DNA of 64,000 nucleotides from an uncultured Actinomycetota bacterium (GCA_963695625.1 CAVOHJ010000004.1:381743-445742); one strand, 5' to 3'; shown: positions 1-9,862, counted from the stretch's first letter. Numbers and translations are program-made. The notes: generated by a model from the letters alone, not told the origin.

Positions 1-1
1 C

Positions 2-871
2 CTCAACCCGGCGATCGAGCCCGCCGAGTCGCCGCTGGCGGTGATCGAAAGCTACGACGTGTCCTGGCGGGGGTTCGGCGGCGATCCGGTCAAGGGGTGG
101 CTGCACCTGCCGGCGGCGGGGCTGCGATCGGGCGCGCCGCTGCCGGCGGTCGTGCAGTACCAGGGCTATGGCGGCGGCCGTGGGCTCGTGTTCGAGAACG
201 TCTTCTGGGCCGCCGCGGGCTACGCGCACCTCGTGATGGACACGCGCGGGCAGGGGAGCGGCTGGTCGACCGGGCACACCCCCGACCCGGCCGGCTCCGC
301 CCCCGCACAGCCGGGGTACATGACGCGGGGCATCACCGACCCGGCGAGCTACTACTACCGGCGGGTGTACGCCGACGCGGTTCGCGCCGTGGACTTCATG
401 CGTGGGGTCGACGGGGTCGACGGGGGCGCGATCGCGGTCACGGGCGCCAGCCAGGGCGGGGGACTGTCGCTGGCGGCTGCCGCGTTGGCCGACGGCGTGC
501 GCGCGGTGATGACCGACGTGCCGTTCCTGTGTGACTTTCGCCGGGCGAGCCGGGTCGCGATGACCGATCCGTATCTGGAGATCGTCCGCTACCTCGCGGC
601 GCACCGCGACCACGAGGATGCGGCATTCGCGACGCTGTCGTATTTCGACGGGGCGGTGCTGGCGCGCCGGGCGAGCGCGCCGGCCCTGTTCTCCGTTGCG
701 CTTATGGACGAGACCTGCCCGCCCTCGACCGTCTACGCCGCCTACAACGCTTACGCCGGCCCCAAGGAGATCGTCAGCTACCCCTACAACGACCACGAGG
801 GTGGCGAGGCCTTCCATAAGAGCCGGCAGGCGGCCTGGCTGGCCGAGACCCTGTCGGCCGATTCCACGTAG
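2..871 (+). CDS. Acetyl xylan esterase / cephalosporin-C deacetylase family (CE7, AXE1) alpha/beta hydrolase; 5' end cut by window edge
   Basis: Frame is open from base 2 with no stop. GASQGGG nucleophile elbow (GxSxG). CE7-like length and C-terminal ...YPYNDHEGG region. Strong GC3 bias. Confidence 0.8.
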   Translation, partial: LNPAIEPAESPLAVIESYDVSWRGFGGDPVKGWLHLPAAGLRSGAPLPAVVQYQGYGGGRGLVFENVFWAAAGYAHLVMDTRGQGSGWSTGHTPDPAGSAPAQPGYMTRGITDPASYYYRRVYADAVRAVDFMRGVDGVDGGAIAVTGASQGGGLSLAAAALADGVRAVMTDVPFLCDFRRASRVAMTDPYLEIVRYLAAHRDHEDAAFATLSYFDGAVLARRASAPALFSVALMDETCPPSTVYAAYNAYAGPKEIVSYPYNDHEGGEAFHKSRQAAWLAETLSADST

Positions 872-962
872 GCGGAGCGCGGCGTGCGATCCACGGGTTC
901 AAGGAACGTGTCGAAATCGTCACGCAGGGGTGGAAACACGGCTTCTGCAGGCTCTTAGTTAT

Positions 963-1349
963 GTGGAGAGAGAATCCGAGCTGAGGCTGACTCCGGAGGT
1001 CACGGACTGGCTGACGACGCTTGCTCCGGAGACGCTCTGCCGTGTCGCCGCGGGCATGAATCGCGTGCAGCGGATCGGCTCGACGCTGGGGCGCCCGGAG
1101 GTCGACCGGCTCAAGGGCTCGCGGCACCACAACATGAAGGAGTTGCGGCTCGGCACCGTTCGGGTGCTGTTCATCTTCGACAGCCGCGATCCGCTCATGC
1201 TCATCGGAGGCGACAAGCGCGGCTCCTGGAACGACTGGTACCGGCGCAACGTCCCGAAGGCCGACCGACTCTGTGACCAGCACCGGCGAGACAACGGAAA
1301 GGGGGGATCATCACGTCACCGAGATCCACCAAGTCGTGGCAGGCAGTGA
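963..1349 (+). CDS. RelE/HigB-like (Gp49/DUF891-type) type II toxin
   Basis: ...RPEVDRLKGSRHHNMKELRLGTVRVLFIFDSRDPLMLIGGDKRG... matches the ELR..G..R(v/i)lf.f....vLL.g..K pattern of HigB/Gp49-like toxins. Overlaps the next gene by 4 nt (GTGA). Start uncertain (GTG 963 or GTG 930). Confidence 0.7.
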   Translation: MERESELRLTPEVTDWLTTLAPETLCRVAAGMNRVQRIGSTLGRPEVDRLKGSRHHNMKELRLGTVRVLFIFDSRDPLMLIGGDKRGSWNDWYRRNVPKADRLCDQHRRDNGKGGSSRHRDPPSRGRQ

Positions 1350-1621
1350 AGACGGAGCTACAGCTCGACGAGGAGCGGGTGGCGGCGTATGAGCTCTTGA
1401 TGAAGGCCCAGAGTCACCTCGCCACGCGTCTCACCCGCGAGGGCGCCACCGACGCTCAGATTGAGAGGGCTCTCGAGGTATCCGAGCCGGCCCATCCCGA
1501 GTTGCTGGCCCCGGAGGAGCTCTACCTCGGCACGATGGCGCGGTTCGTCAACGCGCTTGGGGGCAGCCTTGAACTGTCGGCCGCCTTCGGCCCTAAGACC
1601 GAAGACCCTCCGGCTCAGTGA
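1346..1621 (+). CDS. HigA/XRE-like antitoxin (small helical DNA-binding protein)
   Basis: 91 aa, immediately coupled to the toxin. C-terminal ...LYLGTMARFVNALGGSLELSAAF resembles the ...Y(l/v)..L..Y..ALGG.LE(i/l) tail of toxin-downstream antitoxins. Toxin-first gene order is typical of HigBA. Confidence 0.6.
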   Translation: MKTELQLDEERVAAYELLMKAQSHLATRLTREGATDAQIERALEVSEPAHPELLAPEELYLGTMARFVNALGGSLELSAAFGPKTEDPPAQ

Positions 1622-3516
1622 CTGGGCGGAACGTCGAGCGACGGGTTGCGGTCGAAGAAGCCGACGGGCTTGAGCCAGAAGGAGACGGTGTCCACCGGCA
1701 TCACCGGCCACTCCTCGGGGCGGGTGATGTGGTGGATGCCGAAGACGTACCAGAGCACGACGTCGGTGTCCTCGATGGAGCGGTTGGCGGCGGTCCACAC
1801 GGGCAGGCCGCGATCGTGGTGGCTCTGGACCACGAACTCGCCGCACGGCCAGCGCTCCTCCTCGTCAAACGGGGTCACCCACAGGGTGTGGGCGAGGACC
1901 TGGGCGCGGCGCAGGACCGGCGAGTCGGCCGCGAGCATCGCCGGGAAGCAGTCGCCGGGCACGAGCTTGTAGCCGACCGCGCCGTCCAGCCCGTTGCGTG
2001 CGCCGGGGTTGACCACCTTCCAGGCGCGCTGGACTGACCAGTCGTAGTCCTGCATCCCCTCGGCCTCGGTGCGCAGCGGGGTGTCGCGCTGCACGAGGGC
2101 CACGCCATGGGGGTTCTCGGGCCCGACCGGGAGCGCCTCGGACTCGGAGGCCACGACGGTGTTGCGCTCGCCGTCGACGTCGAGGTCGAGCCGGGCCACC
2201 AGGAAGTGCTGGTGAAACGGGGCATAGGTGCGCTCGTCCACCAGGGTCCCGTAGGGCGGCTGGCGTCCTTCGGCGAAATGCGTGGTGACCATGATCCCGG
2301 TGGCCCGCACCTCGGCCTGGATGGTGCCGTCCTGGTGAAAGCGCCAGTAGACGAGGTATTCGTAGTTGCCGACGGTGACGTGGAAGGACACCACCAGACG
2401 GCGCATCCGCCGGGTCTCGGCGCCGCTGACGTCGTCCACGTGCTTCCAGAGCACGCCGTCGTCCTCCTCGTGGATGCAGACGGCGTTGGCGATCGTGTAC
2501 GGCTCACCGGCGGTGTCGTGCAGGACCGCGTCGAGGTAGGCGATCTCGCCCAGGCAGTCGCAGCCGAGCTCCAGCGACGTGGTCATGAACCCCAGGCCCC
2601 ACTCGCCGATGTCAAACGCCGTCCGGCGGTAGTGCTCGGAGGTGGGGTCGCGGTAGGGGACCACCATCTCGGCGAACGACAGCCGGTGGGCCACCGGGCG
2701 CACCCGGCCTGCGTCCTCGTAGCCGACGGTGTGCAGGACCAGGCCCTCGCGGTAGTTGAATCCGATCCGCAGTGACCACTTCTGCCAGCGCAGCAGGTTG
2801 CCGTCCAGCACGAACGACGGCCCGGATGGCTGGGTGATCTCCAGCGCCTTGACGTCGGGGCGCAGCTGCAGCCCGGGCACCAGCCCCGGGATGTACTCGC
2901 CCATGGTCGCCGGCTCAGCGATCGCCCCGGTGTCCTCGACCTCCAGCAGCTCCATGGTGTTGAGGTCCACGACGAGGTGCAGGCCGGTGACCGGGTTGGC
3001 GTAGGGGTTGGACCCCTCCTGGGAGCGGCGCCACACGTCGGCCCAGCCCAGGCGACGATCCGAATAGGGCTCGGGCAGCAGATGGGCGCCGTACGCCCAC
3101 GCCTCAACGACCACCCGGTCCATGTCCGTGATCCCGCGCCGGGCCAGCGCCTCGATCACCCGGGGCTCGCGACGCATGGCCACATCGCACTCGTGGACCT
3201 CGTCCACGGTCATGTTCGGCTGCCCATCGGGCTGGTGGGCCCAGCTCACCACGACGTCGTCCGTGAGTGACACGAGCGCCTTATAAGCCCGGCCGTCCTC
3301 GCGGTTCCAGCACACCACAAGCGCCTCGCGCTCACCAGCCGCTCCGTCGCGCCACGCCCGCACGACCTCCTTGGCCGGCTCGCGCAGCTCGATCGAGGCG
3401 ACGCGCCAGCGCTCGCCCACGTCGCGGTCACGGCGCAGGATCGCCGTGGCCTGACGGATCTCGTCGGCGGTCAGCGGGTCGAGCGGGTGCTGGGCCATCG
3501 GCCCCGCATGCTCCAT
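1615..3516 (-). CDS. Copper-containing primary amine oxidase (topaquinone enzyme)
   Basis: TPQ precursor motif TVGNYEY (T-x-x-N-Y-E-Y). Cu-ligand HQH in APFHQHF and a later GIHHITRPEEWPVMP. About 630 aa, typical for the family. Confidence 0.93.
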   Translation of the reverse strand: MEHAGPMAQHPLDPLTADEIRQATAILRRDRDVGERWRVASIELREPAKEVVRAWRDGAAGEREALVVCWNREDGRAYKALVSLTDDVVVSWAHQPDGQPNMTVDEVHECDVAMRREPRVIEALARRGITDMDRVVVEAWAYGAHLLPEPYSDRRLGWADVWRRSQEGSNPYANPVTGLHLVVDLNTMELLEVEDTGAIAEPATMGEYIPGLVPGLQLRPDVKALEITQPSGPSFVLDGNLLRWQKWSLRIGFNYREGLVLHTVGYEDAGRVRPVAHRLSFAEMVVPYRDPTSEHYRRTAFDIGEWGLGFMTTSLELGCDCLGEIAYLDAVLHDTAGEPYTIANAVCIHEEDDGVLWKHVDDVSGAETRRMRRLVVSFHVTVGNYEYLVYWRFHQDGTIQAEVRATGIMVTTHFAEGRQPPYGTLVDERTYAPFHQHFLVARLDLDVDGERNTVVASESEALPVGPENPHGVALVQRDTPLRTEAEGMQDYDWSVQRAWKVVNPGARNGLDGAVGYKLVPGDCFPAMLAADSPVLRRAQVLAHTLWVTPFDEEERWPCGEFVVQSHHDRGLPVWTAANRSIEDTDVVLWYVFGIHHITRPEEWPVMPVDTVSFWLKPVGFFDRNPSLDVPPSH

Positions 3517-3577
3517 GATCCCCGGGTGTGAAGCAACCGCCGCAATGGCGCGAACCTCTTAAGGACCTCTCACGAAT

Positions 3578-4183
3578 GTGGCCTACCTTGACACGCGGCT
3601 CATGAGTGGACCGAAACATCTCTGGTCGGGAGATTGGGAGAACGAGTCCGAGGAGGCCACGACAGAGATCGTGCGCCGGCCCCGGCCGCGTGACCCCGAG
3701 CCCGCCGCACCAACACCCCCGTCGTCGCCGTCGCCGCGGCCCCGGCGCGTGCGTCCCTGGGTGCTGCCCGTAGCGATCGGCGTCATCGCGATCGCCGCCG
3801 CCGCGTTCGGCCTGACCAAGCTGTTCGGGTCGTCCAGCTCGGCGCCCAAGACCTCGGCCGCCGCACTGTCCCAGCTCAACAAGCCGAAGCTCATCGGTTC
3901 CACCGCGCCCATCCGCTGGCTCGGCATGGAGATCATCACTGCGCCGCAGGGCGTCCCGGTGGTGGAGACCGTGCGGCCCGGCAGCAACGGTGACAGCGCC
4001 GGACTGGAGCCAGGTGACGCCATCCTGCTCGTCAACAACCACCCCGTCGGCACCTCCGGGAGCATCGCGACGGCGATCAAGGGCCTGCACTCCGGCGATC
4101 ACGTGCCCCTGGAGATCACCAACGGCGGGGCGATGTTCCAGGTGTTCGCCACCCTGGCGGCGCCCCCCTCCCCGTACCCGTGA
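3578..4183 (+). CDS. Membrane-anchored PDZ domain protein
   Basis: Pro/Arg-rich N-terminus, one hydrophobic helix (WVLPVAIGVIAIAAAAFGL), then a PDZ-like GMEIIT...GDSAGLEPGDAILLVNNHPV segment. GTGA overlap with the next gene. Confidence 0.65.
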   Translation: MAYLDTRLMSGPKHLWSGDWENESEEATTEIVRRPRPRDPEPAAPTPPSSPSPRPRRVRPWVLPVAIGVIAIAAAAFGLTKLFGSSSSAPKTSAAALSQLNKPKLIGSTAPIRWLGMEIITAPQGVPVVETVRPGSNGDSAGLEPGDAILLVNNHPVGTSGSIATAIKGLHSGDHVPLEITNGGAMFQVFATLAAPPSPYP

Positions 4184-5139
4184 GCTTCTCCTCGCCGCTT
4201 GTCCTGGTCGGCCTGATCGCCGTCCCCGTGCTCGCCCTGTGGTACGCCGGGCAGCAGCGCCGTCGCCGGAAGGTGGCGGCCGCGTTCGCCGTGCCCATCC
4301 TGACCGAATCGGTCACTCCCCGGCGTCCCGGCTGGCGCCGCCACGCGCCGATGCTCATCTTCGCCATCGCCGTTGCCCTGCTCATCGCCGCTGCCGCGCG
4401 CCCGCAGCGCACCGTGGCCGTCCCTGTCAACAGCGCCGCGATCATGCTGGCCAACGACATCTCGAGCTCGATGAGCGCGTCTGACGTGAAGCCCTCACGG
4501 CTGGGCGCCGCGCAGAAGGCGGCGACCACGTTCGTGTCGGGCATGCCCGACAGCGTCAAGGTCGGCCTCATCCAGTTCGCCCGCCGGCCCGTCGTGGTGC
4601 AGTCACCCACCACCGATCACGCGCTCGCCAAGGCGGCGATCGCCGGCCTGCGCCCGGGCGGCGGGGGCACCGCCATCGGCGACGCGATCACCACCGCGCT
4701 GCACTCGCTCACCACGCTCCCCAAGCAGGGCGGCAAGCGGGTGCCGGCCGCGATCGTGCTCCTGTCGGACGGCAGCTCCAACGTGGGCCCCGGCCCGGCC
4801 GCGGCGGCCCAGCAGGCCAAGGCCGACCACATCCCCATCTACACCATCTCCCTGGGCACACCGAACGGGACCATCCCGATCAAACGCAACGGTCAGACGG
4901 TCAACGCACCCGTGCCCGTCAGCTCGCAGGAGCTCGCCCAGATCGCCCAGGCGTCAGGCGGCAGGGCCTACACCGCCGCCGACAGCGCCAAGGCGAAAGC
5001 CGTCTATTCCCACCTTGCCGTCCAGCTCGGCCACAAGAAGGTCAAGCGCGAACTGACCGCGGACCTGGCGGGCGGGGGACTGGTGCTGCTGCTCGCCGGC
5101 GGCGCGCTGACCCTGCTCTGGTTCCGCCGCCTTATCTAG
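4180..5139 (+). CDS. VWA domain protein, BatA-like
   Basis: N-terminal TM helices, MIDAS-like DISSSM, C-terminal TM helix. Sits in a MoxR/DUF58 operon. Confidence 0.85.
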   Translation: MSFSSPLVLVGLIAVPVLALWYAGQQRRRRKVAAAFAVPILTESVTPRRPGWRRHAPMLIFAIAVALLIAAAARPQRTVAVPVNSAAIMLANDISSSMSASDVKPSRLGAAQKAATTFVSGMPDSVKVGLIQFARRPVVVQSPTTDHALAKAAIAGLRPGGGGTAIGDAITTALHSLTTLPKQGGKRVPAAIVLLSDGSSNVGPGPAAAAQQAKADHIPIYTISLGTPNGTIPIKRNGQTVNAPVPVSSQELAQIAQASGGRAYTAADSAKAKAVYSHLAVQLGHKKVKRELTADLAGGGLVLLLAGGALTLLWFRRLI

Positions 5140-5160
5140 ACACACGTTTCCGGAGGACAT

Positions 5161-6207
5161 ATGACCGACATCGAAGAGACCACCCAGCAACGACACGAAG
5201 CCCGCGACGCCCTCCAGCAGGTGCTGCATGAGATCAAACGGGTCATCGTCGGCCAGGACGCCATGCTCGAGCGGCTGCTCGTCAGCCTGCTGGCCGGTGG
5301 CCACGTGCTGCTGGAGGGAGTCCCGGGCCTGGCCAAGACGCTGACGGTCAAGACACTGGCGGCGTCGCTGGGCGGCAGCTACGGCCGCATCCAGTTCACG
5401 CCGGACCTCGTGCCGGCGGACCTCGTCGGCACCCGAGTGTGGCGTCCGGACACGGGCTCGTTCGACACCGAGCTCGGCCCCATCTTCCATAACTTCATGC
5501 TCGCCGACGAGATCAACCGGGCTCCGGCCAAGGTCCAGTCCGCGCTGCTCGAGGTCATGCAGGAGCAGCAGGTGACGATCGGGGGCACCAGCTACGGCGT
5601 GCCGCTGCCGTTCATCGTGATGGCCACCCAGAACCCGATCGAGTCCGAGGGCACCTACCCGCTCCCCGAGGCCCAGGTCGACCGCTTCCTGATGAAGATC
5701 ATCGTCGACTACCCCAGCGTGGGCGAGGAGGCGGCCGTGGTGGGGCGCAGCATCCGCGAGACGGTCGACGTGCGCGAGTGTCTGTCGCTCGAGGACCTGC
5801 GCCGCCATGCGCAGGCGGTCAAGACGGTCATGGTGGACCGTGAGGTGATCGGCTACGCCGTCGCGCTGGCCGACGCCACCCGCCATCCTGCGCAGCACGG
5901 CCTGGACGACATGAAGGGCATGATCGAGTTCGGCTCCAGCCCGCGCGGTCCCATCGGCCTCGTCCAGGCGGCCCGCGCGCTGGCCCTGTTGCGCGGCCGC
6001 AGCTACGTCGAGGCGCAGGACATCCGTGACCTCACCCCTGACCTGCTGCGCCACCGCATCGTCCTCTCCTACGACGCGCTGTCAGAGGGCGTCACCGCCG
6101 ACGAGCTGCTCGAGCAGGTGCTGGCCACCGTGCCCGAGCCCGGCGCGCGCCGGCTCATGCGCACCGAGCGCGACGAGCGCAGCGCCGGCGGGTTGATGAG
6201 CGCGTGA
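5161..6207 (+). CDS. MoxR-family AAA+ ATPase
   Basis: Walker A GVPGLAKT, Walker B LADEINRAP, and the typical ...VMATQNPIE.EGTYPLPEAQ.DRF segment. Confidence 0.95.
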   Translation: MTDIEETTQQRHEARDALQQVLHEIKRVIVGQDAMLERLLVSLLAGGHVLLEGVPGLAKTLTVKTLAASLGGSYGRIQFTPDLVPADLVGTRVWRPDTGSFDTELGPIFHNFMLADEINRAPAKVQSALLEVMQEQQVTIGGTSYGVPLPFIVMATQNPIESEGTYPLPEAQVDRFLMKIIVDYPSVGEEAAVVGRSIRETVDVRECLSLEDLRRHAQAVKTVMVDREVIGYAVALADATRHPAQHGLDDMKGMIEFGSSPRGPIGLVQAARALALLRGRSYVEAQDIRDLTPDLLRHRIVLSYDALSEGVTADELLEQVLATVPEPGARRLMRTERDERSAGGLMSA

Positions 6208-7112
6208 GCGACGCGCTGCTCGCCCCGCCCGCCGCGCGCCAGGGCCCCGGCCCGATGGCGCAGCCGCTCGTCGAGGCGCTCGACGTCGCCGTCAATCGCC
6301 TGGTGGCCCAGACCATGCCCGGAGATCGCCGCGCCGCGGGCGTCGGGCTGGGTACCGAGCTCGCCCAGCTGCGCCCATACGAGATGGGTGACGACGTGCG
6401 CCACATCGACGCTGCCGCCACCGCCCGCACCGGGACGCCCCACGTCCGTCTGCACGTTCCCGAGCGCGCCCTGACGACATGGATCGTGCTCGACGTGTCG
6501 CCCTCGATGGCCTTCGGGACCTCGCGGCGGCTCAAGGCCGACGTCGCCGAGGGGACCGCGCTCGTGTTCGGCCGCCTCGGCGTGCGGCGCGCGGGCAGCG
6601 TCGGCCTGGTGGCGTTCGGCGCCGGGCCGGCGCGCGTGCTGCCGCCCCGCGGATCGCGGCCCGGCATGGTGGCGCTACGCCGCCGGCTGGAGGCGGGGGT
6701 GGCGCTTGACGGGCGCCAGGATGCCTCCGCGATGGCGGACGCGTTGACCCGCGTCGGGCGGCTGGCCGGCCAGCCGGGACTGGTGGTGGTCATCTCGGAC
6801 TTCCGCGACCAGCACGCGTGGGAGCGCCCCCTGGGCTCGCTGCGCATCCGCCACTCCGTGCTGGCGATCGAGGTCCTCGACCCCCGCGAGACGGAGCTGC
6901 CGGCCGTCGGCTACCTGTCGCTGGTGGACCCCGAGACCGGCGCCCACATCGAGGTCAACACCTCGCGCCGCCGCGTGCGCGAGCGCTTCGCACAGCTCGA
7001 GCGTGAGCGCCGTGACACCGTGGCGCGCGAGCTGCGCCGTTTGCGCGTGCACCACACCACCCTCTCCACCGACGAGGACTGGCTCGTCGAGCTGGGACGC
7101 CGCCTGCGATGA
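6204..7112 (+). CDS. DUF58 family protein (MoxR-associated)
   Basis: ...LRPYEMGDDVRHIDAAATARTG... matches the DUF58 R.Y..GDd.r.IdW motif. 4-nt overlap with moxR and ATGA overlap with the downstream VWA gene. Confidence 0.88.
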   Translation: MSDALLAPPAARQGPGPMAQPLVEALDVAVNRLVAQTMPGDRRAAGVGLGTELAQLRPYEMGDDVRHIDAAATARTGTPHVRLHVPERALTTWIVLDVSPSMAFGTSRRLKADVAEGTALVFGRLGVRRAGSVGLVAFGAGPARVLPPRGSRPGMVALRRRLEAGVALDGRQDASAMADALTRVGRLAGQPGLVVVISDFRDQHAWERPLGSLRIRHSVLAIEVLDPRETELPAVGYLSLVDPETGAHIEVNTSRRRVRERFAQLERERRDTVARELRRLRVHHTTLSTDEDWLVELGRRLR

Positions 7113-8053
7113 GCTTCGCCTCCCCCGTGTGGCTGCTGGCCCTGGCCGCCATCCCGGCGGCGCTGGCCGCCTACGTCTGGGCCCGGCGCCGGCCCCAGCG
7201 CTACGCCGTCCGTTTCCCCGCCGTGTCCACGGTGCGCCAGGTGGTGGCGGCGTCACCGTCGTGGGAGCGCCACGTCCCGGCGGCCCTGGCCCTGGCGGCC
7301 ATCGCGGCGCTCGCGGTGGCCATGGCCCGCCCACGGGTGGTGCAGCACATCCCCACCAACCAGGCCAACATGATGCTCGTCACCGACCATTCCGGCTCGA
7401 TGGCGGCCACCGACGTGCAGCCGACGAGGCTGGCCGCGGCGGTGGCGGCGGCCAACACCTTCATCGATCAGCTCCCCTCCACCGTCCGCGTCGGGGCGAT
7501 CGGCTTCGGCAGCTCGCCGGACGCCGTGCAGGGACCCGTGTCGAACCACGCCGTCGCGCGCTCGCTGATCGACTCGCTGTCGGCCAACGGCGGGACCGAC
7601 ACCGGCGACGCGCTCCAACTCGCCCTCCAGCTGCTGCAGGGCGGCAACGCCAAGCATCCACCTGCGGCGATCGTGCTGCTCTCCGACGGCGACGCCAACG
7701 CCGGGCCCGATCCCGCCGCCGTCGCACAGGAGGCCAAGAAGGCCCACATCCCCATCTACACCGTCGCGCTCGGGACCGCCGGCGGCGTGCTGCAAAGCCC
7801 CGATCCCTTCCAGCCCAACACGCCGGTGCCCCCCGATCCGCAGCTCATGCAGGAGATCGCCCGCGTCTCCGGTGGCCGCGCCTTCAACGCGCGCAGCTCG
7901 GACGAGCTCAGCTCGATCTACAAGAACCTCGGCAGCCAGCTGAGCACCGTCAGCCGCAAGCACGAGATCACCGCGTGGTTCGCCGCCGCCGGCGTGATCC
8001 TGCTCATCGGGGCGGGCGTGACGTCGGCGCGCTGGTCCGGCCGGCTGCCGTAG
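7109..8053 (+). CDS. VWA domain protein, BatA/BatB-like
   Basis: N-terminal TM helix, MIDAS-like DHSGSM, C-terminal TM helix. Paralogous to 4180-5139. Confidence 0.85.
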   Translation: MSFASPVWLLALAAIPAALAAYVWARRRPQRYAVRFPAVSTVRQVVAASPSWERHVPAALALAAIAALAVAMARPRVVQHIPTNQANMMLVTDHSGSMAATDVQPTRLAAAVAAANTFIDQLPSTVRVGAIGFGSSPDAVQGPVSNHAVARSLIDSLSANGGTDTGDALQLALQLLQGGNAKHPPAAIVLLSDGDANAGPDPAAVAQEAKKAHIPIYTVALGTAGGVLQSPDPFQPNTPVPPDPQLMQEIARVSGGRAFNARSSDELSSIYKNLGSQLSTVSRKHEITAWFAAAGVILLIGAGVTSARWSGRLP

Positions 8054-8444
8054 GCGCCGCCGCGGCGCCGCGCCACCCCAGCGCCCGCTGCCGCGCCCGC
8101 GACAGCTTGCTGACGACGAGGTCGTAGGAGTCCTCGACCATGTCGGCGATCATCTGCTCGGGTACGGTCCCGTCCAGCAGCACCGTGTTCCAGTGGCGCT
8201 TGTTGAGGTGGTAACCGGCCGTGATCGCGGGGTGGGCCGCCCGCAATTGTTGGGCGAGCAGCGGCTCGCATTTGACGCTGACCGACAGCGGATCGCCCGC
8301 CAGGCGCGACAGGGCGAACATCTTGCCCGCCACCTTGAACACCGAGGTCTCAAAGCCGAACGGGAACGTCTCCTCGGAGCCGCGGAAGGTCAGGCACAGG
8401 TCCCTGAGCGCGTCGCCATTCACGGGGCAAATCGTGACAGGCAC
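8004..8444 (-). CDS. MmcQ/YjbR family DNA-binding protein
   Basis: ...FPFGFETSVFKVAGKMFA... and ...GYHLNKRHWNTVLLDG... are characteristic YjbR motifs. The long C-terminal tail overlaps the convergent VWA gene by 50 nt. Confidence 0.8.
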   Translation of the reverse strand: MPVTICPVNGDALRDLCLTFRGSEETFPFGFETSVFKVAGKMFALSRLAGDPLSVSVKCEPLLAQQLRAAHPAITAGYHLNKRHWNTVLLDGTVPEQMIADMVEDSYDLVVSKLSRARQRALGWRGAAAAPTAAGRTSAPTSRPPR

Positions 8445-8596
8445 GGATCACTCCCCGGGGGGCCGTGTCGCGCGAGGGATCGCGCCGCGGGGTGCGGCCC
8501 GCGGGCTAGAATCGCTGCCGGGTTGCGTTCAGATCAACGGGAAGCGCTGTGCGTGATCGCTACTCGGACGATGGCGTACGCCGACGGGCAGGGGCT

Positions 8597-9838
8597 GTGA
8601 GCGAGCGGCTCCTGCGGGAGCTTGCACCCCAGGTCGTGTCCGCCGTCGCCCGGCGCCACGGTCGCTTCGACCTCGCTGAGGACGCCACGCAGGAGGCGCT
8701 GATCGCGGCCGCGCAGCAGTGGCCGGCTGAGGGCGTGCCGGCGAATCCGCGCGGCTGGCTGATCGCGGTCGCCAGCCGGCGACTGATCGATGCTCTTCGG
8801 GCCGAGGCATCGCGGACCCAGCGCGAGGAGACCGCGGTCGCCCAGCAGCCCCCACCCGGCGCCGACGTCGTCGACGAGGACGACGCGCTGACGCTGCTGT
8901 TCCTGTGCTGTCATCCGACGCTATCGCCGCCGTCGCAGCTGGCGCTTACTCTGAGGGCGGTCGGCGGCCTGACGACCGCGCAGATCGCCGCCGCCTTCCT
9001 GGTACCCGAGGCGACGATCGCCCAGCGCATCAGCCGCGCGAAGGCGACGATCGCGGAAGCGGGCGGGCGCTTTGAGCGGCCGCGTGAGGATGAGCGCTCC
9101 GAACGACTTCGTGTCGTTCTCCATGTGCTCTACCTGATGTTCAGTGAGGGCTATACCGCGACGTCCGGCGAGCAACTGCAGCGGCGCGAGCTCGCGGACG
9201 AGGCGATCCGCCTGACCCGGATGACGCGGGCCCTGGTGCCCGACGACGGCGAGGTCGCCGGGCTGCTGGCGCTGATGCTGCTGACCCAGGCGCGCAGCGG
9301 CGCCCGCGAGGGCCCCGACGGCATGCTCATCCCGTTGGCCGAGCAGGACCGCCGCTGCTGGGATCGCCCGTTGCTGGAGGAGGGCCTGGAGCTGATCCGG
9401 GAGACGATGTCGTCGTCGAGGCTCGGCGCCTACCAGCTCCAAGGGGCCATCGCAGCTGTCCACGCCGAAGCCCCGAGGGCAACCGACACCGACTGGCCGC
9501 AGATCCTCAAGCTCTACGACCTGCTCCAGGCGCTGGCGCCGAGCCCGGTCGTCACGCTGAACCGGGCCGTTGCAGTCGCGATGGTCGACGGCCCGCTGGC
9601 CGGGCTCTCGGAACTCGACGCGCTGTCTGGCGATCGCCGCGTGGGCGAGCACCACCGCCTCGCGTCTGTCCGGGCCCATCTGCAGGAGATGGCCGGCGAC
9701 ACGGGGGCTGCACAGGTCGGGTATGAGGCTGCCGCCCGGCGTACCACGAGCATCGCTGAGCGGCGCTACCTCCAGTCCCGAGCCGACCGGTTACGCGGCG
9801 ATGTCGAGAACGCGCCGGCGGCTCCGACCAGAGGTTGA
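8597..9838 (+). CDS. ECF-like RNA polymerase sigma factor with a large C-terminal extension
   Basis: Region 2-like AEDATQEALIAAAQQWP...NPRGWLIAVASRRLIDALR and region 4-like GGLTTAQIAAAFLVPEATIAQRISRAK, followed by an extension of about 230 aa. Start GTG 8597 preferred over 8549. Adjacent to a YCII/DGPF gene, the usual partner. Confidence 0.85.
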   Translation: MSERLLRELAPQVVSAVARRHGRFDLAEDATQEALIAAAQQWPAEGVPANPRGWLIAVASRRLIDALRAEASRTQREETAVAQQPPPGADVVDEDDALTLLFLCCHPTLSPPSQLALTLRAVGGLTTAQIAAAFLVPEATIAQRISRAKATIAEAGGRFERPREDERSERLRVVLHVLYLMFSEGYTATSGEQLQRRELADEAIRLTRMTRALVPDDGEVAGLLALMLLTQARSGAREGPDGMLIPLAEQDRRCWDRPLLEEGLELIRETMSSSRLGAYQLQGAIAAVHAEAPRATDTDWPQILKLYDLLQALAPSPVVTLNRAVAVAMVDGPLAGLSELDALSGDRRVGEHHRLASVRAHLQEMAGDTGAAQVGYEAAARRTTSIAERRYLQSRADRLRGDVENAPAAPTRG

Positions 9839-9862
9839 ACCCCAACCACGAGGAGCCTGCCG

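Noticed and set aside
8004-8053. Convergent 3' gene overlaps (8004-8053, 29047-29151, 34160-34187, 53755-53803, 60012-60023) as functional antisense arrangements
   Set aside because: They are most simply a consequence of the scarcity of stop codons in high-GC DNA extending C-terminal tails. There is no independent evidence of function.
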